Source: Convolutriloba macropyga
Taxonomy: Eukaryota
Length of the DNA stretch: 64,000 bases
Direction: 5' to 3'
Assembly (NCBI RefSeq): GCF_964194025.1
Contig: NC_134469.1
Coordinates: forward strand, 52,886,001 to 52,950,000
A program made the translations under genes and the position numbers. A model generated the notes under the pieces. The model saw nothing but the letters and a program-made list of their open reading frames with translations, was not told the DNA's origin and searched no databases. Below, piece after piece: positions 27,858-38,547 of this stretch. Each line of letters begins with the position of its first letter. Position 1 is the first letter of the stretch.

Positions 27858-30800
27858 AAACTTTCAGTTTGGAAATGAAAAATTAGATTAAGCCAAAAAT
27901 ACCTAATAAAAAAGCAGTGGGATCTATCAATGAGATGAACAGCAAAAACGTATTCGTAGAAGAGAAAATGAAGAGAAAACAGCAAACTCAGAAGTCAAAT
28001 TGACGCACATAAAAAAATTCTCCTGCTCTCAAAAATCACAAATCTGTTTAAACCACTTTTTCAAAACTGACTGTAAAGCAGTTTGAAACATTTTCACGCC
28101 TTAAAACTAAGTGCATTTTGCTCCTCTTACTACTACGGCGTGATTAAAATCAATACTCATATTTGACGTCTCATTGACAACAAAAAGCAGAACAAGAAGT
28201 GTGAACAGATCATAAAAAAGTGCACCATTACAATTCAAATTCTTTGAATTGTAGACATTTCAACTCAAAGCGCCAGAACTTCACAACGAAAACCCTAATT
28301 ACAGCTGGAACTACTACCTTGTGTCCCAAAACATTAACTCTCCATCTCATCAGATTTGATTCAGAAAATGGTCAAGCTTACACACCACTGTCACCAAGAA
28401 AAAGATATGAGCATTGACATAATGGGAGAAAGTTAAAGTAAAAGCAAGTACAACACCATTCAGTGATAACACAAAAACACCAACAATTAATACATAAAAT
28501 TTTGACAGAAAAACACACTCAAACCTTGATACCGTGAAACATTCTGTGAAGTTGAAAAAGGACCAAAAAACTTAGATGGTCAAACACCAATAATATCAAA
28601 AAACTAAGTGGCTGCAATTTATTATGAACAAACTCATGATACTAACCGGGAAAAGATTCAATTGCGAGACCCAAAAGACACATTTTGGAAGCAAAAGGCA
28701 GGTAATAATTACAGGAACTCAACCGAATTTTTCAAAAGAAAAGAATACTAAAACATAGGACTTTGAAACACCAGATTTTTATTATTTTTGGAGTCTCTAC
28801 AAACAAGGGAAAAATAAGATATAATTCGCCGTTATTGGAGATATCACAGACAAAATGAGTTCAAACTTTTGCAAGAACTAAATTAAACTAAAAGACAAAA
28901 TAAGCAGAATATAATTCAAAAGCATAAAATCGTTCATCATCAGGACACCAAAATTATTCGCAAAAAATAATTATCACTGAAACGGCATTTATAAACGGCA
29001 TTTCAGCGATTTCTCGGTGCAGCGCTATGTTAAATGAAATCAATTACAAAACAAAAATCTAAGAAAGCTTAAATCATTAGTCTTTCAACAACTAATAAAA
29101 TCAGATCTAATAAAACTATAGTTCATAGCATAATGATAATATGATACGAGCTAGAAGGCGGATAAAAGAACTGAAGCAAAACGCGTAAAAATCAACTATA
29201 CTAGTTCTCGAGTTAAAAATCAAATTACAAAAAATGAAGTAGAAAAACAACTATTTTTCATTTAGCATTCGAGGCTAAGAAAAAAATATAGCTATTCTCC
29301 TGTATATAGACTTAAAAGAAGAAACATAGTTCAACTATTGAAAACAAAAAAATATTTGGTTATAAAATTGTCATTTTTTTTAAAAAAAAAATCCAATTGT
29401 GAAAAATTTGTTGATGAAATTCAAATACAGAACGCCTCAAAACAAATCAATTAATAGTAAAAAAAATTAAGATCCCTGACGGTGCAGACAAAGACTCACT
29501 TACAATTAAAATTTAAAAAAAAAATAAAAACAGAAAAATTGGACAAAAACTGCCAAAATTGAGCAAGCATGAACAATTCTACAGACAAAAAAATCTCACG
29601 TTATGAAAACCTCGCCTTATGCATGAAATATAACAGGCAAGTTGTCATATGCAATGATTTTTAAAAAGTCCGCTTTGGGATAAAAAAAAATGAAGAATTT
29701 AATTCAGAAAAACCACAATTGAACTAAACAATCGACAAATATGCTCAGTCAGAATTTGAAACGCATTATTATACTCTCAAAAACGCTGTGGTATCAATTT
29801 CTCAGGTTCACATAATAAAACTGCTTCCATTAAAAATTATTTCCACGAAAAACTAAATAAGCAAAAAAATTGGCCAATTGGACGAAAAACGGCTAAAATG
29901 ATTATCTATATGGGGCATTCTGTCAAAAAACATTTTGCAGAGTCAAAAAGTCGTTCACTGATCGAAGCAGATGATCAAAACACTTCTCTTGCACAGAAAA
30001 ATTAGTTCACACGGCAATTTTACCCTTTCGCTTTTAAGTCAAAATGTTGTCGGCACGAATAGTACTTCCGGATAAAAAACCTTACGAAAACCAATACTCG
30101 TCTTAGAGTCGTAAAAAACCAAGAGCACTGCAATATAGCGCCGCTCAGCTTACAACACTGCAACTATAATGACAAACTGTATTGTTCTTTCGAGTTCCTC
30201 AAGGTCTCAGCTCTCTAACCAAGCATACGTTAGAAAAATAGAGCTTATTGCCAAGCTTACGGTTTGCACAATTCACATTAGGTCGTTCTTTTGACATTTT
30301 TCTCTAACATTAAAAACGCTTTAGTGATAAGGCTGACATTGATTTCACAAAATAAAAATGTTATCCAAGTCTAATTCGTAGGGCTGAAAACCTAAAATTC
30401 GCAATACGTTTTCCCCCTCAGACCTGTGGTATTTCGGGATACCAAAAAAGAATATGAGCAACAAAAGAATTTTCAATCTGATTTTAAAATTATACATTTG
30501 ACCTTTCGACGCCTTAAAAACCTGATCAATCTTTCGTAAATTTTCAGATTTTCTTATTGTTCAAACTGAATTGCTCATCGCGAAACATCTTTCTTAGCGA
30601 TAATAGGTCCCAACCGCAATACTTGGTGCTGTGAGGTTTGGCACAACAAGAAAAAGGTTTCTGCTAGTTAGCATTGCATAATTGTCCCAACAAATTGGGA
30701 ATATATATGCGGGGCCGGCTTTTCTTCTTCAGCCAAATTTCATTTTTTGTTTATGCACCCTAGAGAAAAAAACATCATATTGTACCGTTTAGAGGCTAGA

Positions 30801-32977
30801 TTTGACTTTTTAAAAAATACTTAGTTTATTTCAGGTTGGAAAAAAGGAGCTGTTTAAATAATTGAAACAAAACCAGGAAAGGAAAAGTTTTGGAGGGTTG
30901 AGGAGCATTTTAAATCAATAAATTATATTCATATAACAGCTAGAAAATGGTCATGAAACCATATAATTATGCAATATATTTGATTATACAGAGTTGTTTG
31001 GAACAGAGAACATTTCAAAACAGAGAATATTAAAAGAAAAAATTGAACGAAGGTTAATTTTTCATTTCGCGATCTCCTCTTATTCTCGTGACCCATCTTA
31101 GGCATCAAATTTTTTATTTCAATAGATTTTGGATCAAAGCAAAAACGGGAACATTAATTGCACAGAAATCAAAATGTTCAACAGACGATTAACGATTAAA
31201 ATTTTATGAAGAAAAAGAAAAAACATTTTTTTCTTTGGAGCTATTAGAATTTGGAAATTTTATCATTTTTATGGCCGTACAAAAAAGTTATCGGATATCA
31301 TTTTCCAGAGGCCGTAACCAAAGGAACAATTGATATACTCTATAAAACAGAATATTACAGAAAACACCTAGAGAAAAGAAAACCCAAAAAAGTTTTAAAT
31401 TTCGTTCATCTCTTTGGTGGTTTCTCTGTTCTCTCAAACAAAAAATATTTTGCGTGAACATTAGAGCCTCCACCTCAGAGACTACTTGATTCACAGATAC
31501 GCAGAATTATGGGGTATTTCAGGCAACACAAAATAAGAAAAAAACAATCAGATCAGCGGTACACTTTCGCTTTAAATAAAGAAGACGGAATTCAAATGGA
31601 AAATTCGGAAAAGTAGGTCTTATTTTTCTTTTATTATTTTGCACAAATTAATGCTATGCATCGTAAACCATCCGTACTGTAACCCAATATCATGAGTCAA
31701 TATTACCTACTAACAACACGTTCATTAAGGGACATTCAAAAAGACAACAGCAAGAGCAACCACTTGTGGAGAGCAGATTTTTTTTCAACCTCCTTACTCA
31801 AGGCTGAAGTTGACCCTGATATTTGCGCTGCTCATCAAGTGGTTTTATTTCAATTACTGGTTTAATTTAACGGTATTCTTATATGCGGCCATCATAACTT
31901 TTCACTTCAATTAATAAAACCAGGTAAATTTTTCATTTATATAGAAAATGTTTTTTTTCTTCTAACTTGCTGAAATACACAGGCCAAATTTAACTCGAAC
32001 AGTTAATCAGGGGTTCTATAGGACTATATTGAGCCAAATGGATCACATTTGGGGAACTTGTAACAAGACGAATGAGAAAAATATAGTCATTTGGCAAAAA
32101 CAAAGCAAATTATATTTGCCGGCATTGCAACTGTCATCTCAACTTATGCTTGGTTGACTAAATGCACTTTCTCCAGTCGACTCAAAATTGAATAAATCGA
32201 CAAAATACTGAATCCACTTACTTGAAAAAGCATTAGTATTTCAGTACGATGATGTAGAAAACGTTTATTTCATACTCATAATTCGTTCATACTAATTGCC
32301 ACGTTAAATTTGAATAGAAACTTTTTCGTTGTCCAAAATTTATCCAAAATTATAAATTCTCCGATACAGGACAAATGAAATGAAAGCAGAGTTCTTACCA
32401 AAAAATTAAACTTCTCATAATCAACAACTATTTTTTCATGCTTGCTGGATATTCAGTGACGTTCTCAGAGCAAAATTTTCAACTTGATCTTGAGGCCAAC
32501 TATTTGGTAAATAATTAATCAAGGGGGCAGATTTTCATCGAGATAAAGATTATATGAGTAAACTATTACTAATTTATTTATTTGCTGCCTCCAAGGTTTA
32601 AACTGATCGCTTCACTTTTATTTTGCAAATGAGTGTCTGTGTTTCTTTAAGATGAATTTTATCTGCGACTAATTGCTCTCACTGAACTTTATGTTGCAAA
32701 AAAACCATATGCAACTATGCGTTTTTGTATCAAAGTTTTCGCTTCTCCAAAAAAACTGCTTAAATTTATGTTTTTAAAAAAGTGAAAAGAGCTTTTCCTT
32801 TCAGAGCAACAACAAAAATTTCACAAATTTGAGACGCATAATGCAACATTATGTGCTACGCACAGTCTCCTACAATAAGTGTGTTTAAAAAGAGTTTGGA
32901 GGTTATAAAACTGAATTTTTTGAAACTATTGAAGTAAAATCTTGCATTAGAATTTTTTTCAGTTGAATCAGGAAAAC

Positions 32978-33248
32978 TCAAGGAGCTATTCTGTAAATGA
33001 TCCATCCGTCAGAGCCTTTATGCATAACTTTTTCATCACAGTCCGCATGCTGAATTCTTCTGTCAAAAACGTATCTGTCGTGTAGCCTGTCTGTGTTGCC
33101 AGCCCAAAACTCAAAGTAGTCAGGCACTACTCGGAATCCACTCCAGTCATCAGGAAGAGGTAGTGAGTCTTTCTCAGAGTACTCTGACTCCAACTTTGCG
33201 TACGCATCTTCTAGAAATTTCCGATCGAGAATTGGGTCACTTTGAGGA
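32978..33248 (-). CDS. PNPO: Pyridoxamine/pyridoxine 5'-phosphate oxidase, exon 2
   Basis: Encodes (S)PQSDPILDRKFLEDAYAKLESEY...PDDWSGFRVVPDYFEFWAGNTDRLHDR...WIIYRIAP*, matching the PNPO motifs QS, EFWxGxxxRLHDR and RLAP. Confidence 0.93.
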
Positions 33249-33716
33249 CTGTTAGCAAAACGGTTTTCAGTTCTCCATGTAGATCCGAACCATAATTAAC
33301 CCTATATTTAGCACATTGAAATACTTCCTAGTTTTGAAGACCAATAATTCAATTGTTCCAACCCGCTAGGATCATTACGCTAGTTCGACCTTGTTCAACC
33401 AATTCTTTGTTAAGCCAATGTTGACCGACCAACAATTTTTGCGGAAAGATACAACAGTGGTATCATTAAAAAAATCTTGAAAAACAATCGACTTCGAAAA
33501 ATTTATTTTCGTTAAATAGTGCCGGTATTGCTTAAATGAGCATAGATATCAACAAACGTGAGGTGCAATAATCATATAGCGTTAAAATTAACCCCTGGAT
33601 ACTGATAATTACATTTTAAGATCTTATTAGGTTATACGGGCTTGCCGATGTAGTTTTCAATAGGCTATTTATACAATCCCATGAAAAACGTTCTACTTGG
33701 GGAAGAGAAAACATCC
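33249..33716 (-). other. PNPO intron, 468 nt, non-canonical GG-AG (equivalently AG-AC, 33251..33718)
   Basis: This junction (ATC AG|GGATGT...GCTAACAG|T CCT CAA AGT) gives SQISAAISPQS, colinear with conserved SQIGAxxSxQS. CAG is repeated at both ends, so the register is ambiguous. Confidence 0.75.
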
Positions 33717-34204
33717 CTGATTGCCGCACTGATCTGACTACCCTTTGGTCTGGAAACAAAATACGTGTTTGTCTGCTCGCGGGTTACTTCTACGGCTTTG
33801 CCTTCGATTCGAACTTGTCTATGAAAAAATTCCCAGTAAAAGTTGAGGGCTACAAATGGATTAGACTGTATTTCTTTGGATTTCTTGCTGTTTAGACAAG
33901 AGTAGAAAACGTATCCTTCTTGATCATACTCCTTAAGAAGTACATAACGGCTGGAGGGTCGGCCCAATGAACTGCACGTGGCAAGTACCATCTTGTTGGG
34001 CTGTTTAATCGACTTCTCAGCTACGGCCTCTTTCATCCATTGCTTGAAGAGACTGAAGGGATTGAGCGTCTTCACATTTTGATCATTCAGAGCTGCGTTG
34101 CCTTCGTAGTCGTAGGGGACTCGAATGTCTTTGAGAGAGCTCATGCTCCGTGTGAGGATATAACTTTTCGGCAGAGGAAATATTGACGCTCTTATAAAGA
34201 ACAT
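33717..34204 (-). CDS. PNPO: Pyridoxamine/pyridoxine 5'-phosphate oxidase, exon 1
   Basis: NPFSLFKQW, PNKMVLAT, GRPSSRYVLLK, NPFVALNFYW, RQVRIEG and YFVSRPKGSQI motifs. Spliced CDS is 759 nt (252 aa). A second in-frame ATG lies at 34144. Confidence 0.95.
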
Positions 34205-34377
34205 TCACATAAAACAATCTAAAATATCTAAAATAGAAAGAACTTGGTTAAGTATCAATGACTGTCCATTAGATCCTAGACTACAGTAACTGTTGAAATT
34301 TTACAACAATGAGCCGAACAGCACAAGTTAAGACAGATCTAAATGACTATTTTGCTTATCTTTAATAGCCGATCAAA

Positions 34378-37251
34378 AACACGGATGCTCGCTTATGTGC
34401 GATGGCAAATAATGTTCCGAACCCACTGATAAAAATATTTTCTCAATTGCCTAACAATTGTCAGCGATAGAATGATTTTAATGTGGTATTTAATGTTTTG
34501 TTCTTAAACTTTGATATATTCTTAAGAAAGGTCCGACGTCTATACAATAAAGATTTCATACCAGTGAGATCAAATATCTTTAATTCATTGAATGAGCACT
34601 CAAACAAACGAAACGAACGACATGAAATCGAATTTAATGCAATTGCTCAAGAAGAGAAAAAATAACTTCATCAAGTGAACACCTAATGTTATCCAAAAAG
34701 AAACGAAAATAGCGACCCAAAACTCAAGATCTAGGCCGTTTTGAATTTAAATCTAAAACTTTATTTGTTTTTATAAAAGTTACAGGTGGTCTCTATTTAT
34801 TTTCGAATATATAATATATTCTCAATTTAGACTTAAATGAGGGTTCACAAAAAATCTAAAGTGAAAACAAAAATATGTTCAAATGCAAATAGAGGTAACT
34901 CAAGCTAATCATGAGGTGAGTCACGATTCGAAATTGTCTATGAAAAAAAACCAGTGCAAATTGAGGGCTACAAATAGATTAGAAAAGTAGAGAAGCATAT
35001 CTGAAAACAAAATACAACCACGTATAACCCAAAATTTGAAACAACTAATCAAAAGCAGAGGCGTTTGAGTATGCAGTACTTTTGACAACTGGCTTCTGAG
35101 ATTTTACAAAACATTTTTGAACGGCATCATATCAAAATATGTTAACTTTGAAACAAAACTTTAAAACTAAACAATGTCAAAAGGACACATTCAGAAGTTT
35201 CAGTTCTGCCTCCTAAGAAAAACAACTGGACTTGTCAGCAATAAAAATAACTGATGAGTTCAAAACTAACCAAGAAACTAAATGAGTGAAAAATCAATAC
35301 AAAAGACCCAAAATATCTACAAATTTATAAGTAAATAAAGAGTCTCAAACATAAATCTATGACTAAATATCAAAATGTCGACTCAAACATGCCTCATTAT
35401 TGACTTGTAACTACATAATTGAAAGATTGAAGTGCAACAAAACAAGAAATTAACAAAAGCCGTTAGAACACAAATTTCAATTAAACTTTTTTGGAAACAT
35501 TTAGCGTCCAAACATAAATTTTTGCTGTAAACTGAAGCCATTCCTATATGTAATCTCGGCCACTGCCGTTAAGGAGGAGGTACTGACAGAATATACATTA
35601 CTCGGACTGTAACAAGTCAACAGAAAAAAAACCATCTAAAGTCAGAATTCAGAAATTAAAAAAAATTACCAGAACAAACTATTTCCAAGTGATCAATACC
35701 AAAGACTATATCAAAGAAACCTTATGAAGGTTAACTATACCTCACTGGAACTTCAACGAGAACTCAAAAGTATTGGGATTTATCAACATTACAATATCAG
35801 ATAAAAAAAGACAAAAAGACAAAACTAAGAAAATATTAAGTAAAACACGTAGTGTTAACGTGAAGAAAATAATCAATTATCAACAGACAAATTGAGACAA
35901 AAACAACTATACAAGAGTGAGACAAACATCGCACCTGCTAGATTCCCTAGTTCATATTTTCTAATACTTAACTTTGATAGACTCGTCAAGACGTGTTTAA
36001 AAGTGGTACTACTAGTGAAATCAATTTCCCTTATTTGACGCAAAAAAACAGACAGAAATGAGACGAGAGACATGAGATTTCAACCAATGCAGTTTTACAA
36101 TTTAAAAAAGAACAACTTTCTCGAACAACTGATTTTTATCAAACAACAAAAAATAAAATCCAGAAATCAATATCTATCCCTTTTCAAGACAAATTTCAAA
36201 CCGTAAATTCTCAAGTAATAGCAACCTTTTCAATGAGCTTGCTTCTAACCAGTTTTGATTAGAATCAAAAAGTTCAACTTAAATTTTTTAGTTAGTGCAG
36301 AAGTAAAAATGACCTGTGCATTCAACAATGCAAATTGAGAATGCAAATTCAAAGCTAGATAATCACAAGTTGTCATGAGTGAGGTATGTCAAGATTTAAA
36401 ATAAAACTAACCAAACGCTTGTTGCAACAAACTAGTTAACAAATCATGTAAACACGTAAATGAGAACAGCAGAAAAATCCTCAGCAAAGTTTGTTCAAAA
36501 CTTTCCTAAAAACAAGCACATAGTTTTGAGTATTAAGCAGCTAGAACCCCTTAATAAAAAAATTAATTTACAAGCCGAAAAACCAATATTGAGGGGCAAA
36601 TTTTTATCCTGTAGTCTTGTTATTTCAAAAACAAAGTTTAGAACAATTTATTAACACTGGACATAATCAGAAGCTTCAGTTATAATTCTTTATAACGCGA
36701 TTTGATCTTGAAAGCAGTCAGAATAAACAACAAGTCCTATTGTAAATAAGTAACTTTCACCAGAAAACCAAATGAGTTGAGAACCAAAAAGTCAAACTCA
36801 AAAATTCCGCCAATTTTTACGAAGTTGAATGGCGACAATTTAATATCTACGATAAGTTATCAATTAAGAAAAAAAAACTTAGATTTAAAAATGCCGCATC
36901 AATGACCTGTGGAGACTTTCATAAATAAGATTCAAGGGCAAAACAACACAAAATGCTCACAAGTTCAAATTCTTTGCATCTTTTAAAACCGTTTAGTGTC
37001 CAGTCATAAAACCCTTAGCTACAATATCATGCCATTAATGATCTTCGTTTACTGCTGAAATTGAAATATTCACACAAAAATTTAAGGATTCGAAAAAGAA
37101 ATTTTGGAAAAAAAACTTAATTTCACACTTCACTTGATCGGCTTTTTAGTGATACCACTCAAATCTCGACAATATATCGATCGGCCAAAATTGACTAAAC
37201 AAAAAAACAGTTGAGAATATAGTTCCTCCCCCACAACTGGGCTTGGAACAA
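34378..37251 (-). mobile_element. HINE/DINE-1-like element, copy B
   Basis: 3' end AACACGGATGCTC...ATGTGCGATGGCAAATAATGTTCCGAACCC at 34378-34425; 5' head GAGAATATAGTTCCTCCCCCAC...TTGGAACAA at 37213-37251. Confidence 0.65.
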
Positions 37252-37492
37252 TTATCGTCATGACAGTGAGGTATCATTCAAGTTGGATTTCGCACGTCGC
37301 GTCGTGTCATAATTGGAGAAAGGAATACCGAAAATTTTATTCTAGCTGCAGTCATCCCGGAAAAAACTTGAGACTAACAGAAAATTTATTAAACATAATA
37401 CGCACAACAAAGCACAGAGTTTAAATGAATTGGCGTAATTATTTGTCCTGCCATGAGTTGCCGCAATTAATTGTTATGCGATTCTTCATCAT

Positions 37493-37666
37493 TCAAATTT
37501 TGTCGATAGTCATTCTCTGGAAGACGTCCATTGACTCTACGACCTTGCAGAACTCATCGAACGATATCCGGTCGTCACCATCCAGGTCAGTCAAGTACAT
37601 AGTTTTATCCACTATCTGCTGGATCTCTTTTGGTTCCAGATTCTTCCCCACCATAGTTCTAAGTAC
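37493..37666 (-). CDS. PPP3R1: Calcineurin subunit B-like, exon 4 (EF4 and C-terminus)
   Basis: Acceptor TTTTGCTCCCACAG|GTA; VLRTMVGKNL...QQIVDKT...DLDGDDRISFDEFCKVV...*; AATAAA on the minus strand at 37385-37390. Confidence 0.93.
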   Translation of the reverse strand, partial: VLRTMVGKNLEPKEIQQIVDKTMYLTDLDGDDRISFDEFCKVVESMDVFQRMTIDKI

Positions 37667-37894
37667 CTGTGGGAGCAAAACCAAGATTCCAACAACAAGT
37701 CTATTCATTTAATCCTTTACAATCATAGCAATGCATTCTGTGCAGTCAAATTTCCTGATCTTCGATTCAGAATTTCATTAGTTGACAAAAAGCCGTTTTC
37801 AGCGAAAAGACCACAGGACGAATATAATTGCTACAAACTTCGTTTCAGAGCAATTAATTATGCTAGCACTGAAAGGATTTCGTCAATTGAAATT

Positions 37895-38242
37895 AGGGCT
37901 ACATGAAAATTTACACAATTCCATTTTACCCAACCTGCCATTTTATCCCATGCCAACTTACCCAATGCTCTTTGATCCCATCGTTCAATTATCCGATGTT
38001 CGGTTGTGATTGTTTCATATCAAGTCCCATGGGCCGAGTAATTATATATAGCCTTTAAAAATCCCATGTTCGGTTGTGATAGTTTCATATCAAGTCCCAT
38101 GGGCCATTTAATTATTTAGTCGGTTAAATAGTACTTCTGGTAATTTTAACAATAGGGTAAATGAAGTTGGCATTGGGTAAGATGGCAGGTTGGGTATAAT
38201 GACATTGCATAGAATGGAATTGGGCAAATTGTCCTGACACCG
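37895..38242. mobile_element. MITE with long degenerate TIRs, AATT TSD (Sola-like) and an internal ~70-bp duplication
   Basis: CAATTCCATT...ACCCAACCTGCCAT...ATGCCAACT is mirrored by AGTTGGCAT...ATGGCAGGTTGGGT...AATGGAATTG. ATGTTCGGTTGTGAT(T/A)GTTTCATATCAAGTCCCATGGGCC occurs twice. Confidence 0.7.
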
Positions 38243-38547
38243 AATTAGGACAAAGGATGAAAGAACTGAATTCAACAATTACAGATTCAAAATTACAGAT
38301 TCAGGAGAAAATTGAGCAAACTAAGGACACGTCTCACGTTCCAAAAATTTCATGTCTTTGCACTAATAGGGACGGATTAAAAATACAAAATATTACAAAC
38401 GTATATTATACTTCTAAGACCCTTTCGTTATTTGAATAAGGTTGTAAGTAATTAGGTTTATTCATTGAACTGATATTTAAGCTAATTGAAGATTTTCCTG
38501 ACAAAAACAATCCTAGGCTTTTAGCTAGTTACTTTGATGCTGGAACA

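Larger units (their letters stand above)
19300..29500. repeat. Long A-rich array of decayed interspersed/tandem repeats related to HINE interiors
   Basis: Recurrent ATTAATGAGACTAAG and AAGCCATTAAAAC-like motifs, also found inside the HINE copies. Diverged duplicates at ~20320-21100 / ~26750-27680 and ~25800-26100 / ~27960-28270. Boundaries are approximate. Confidence 0.5.

Noticed and set aside
33210-33740. Canonical GT-AG solutions for the PNPO intron (GAT|GTTTTC, CCAA|GTAGAA or ATCA|GTGCGG joined to CAG, AAG or TTCTAG)
   Set aside because: They give an immediate stop or frameshift, or delete the conserved SxQS..I.DR segment. Disfavoured, though only cDNA can exclude them.
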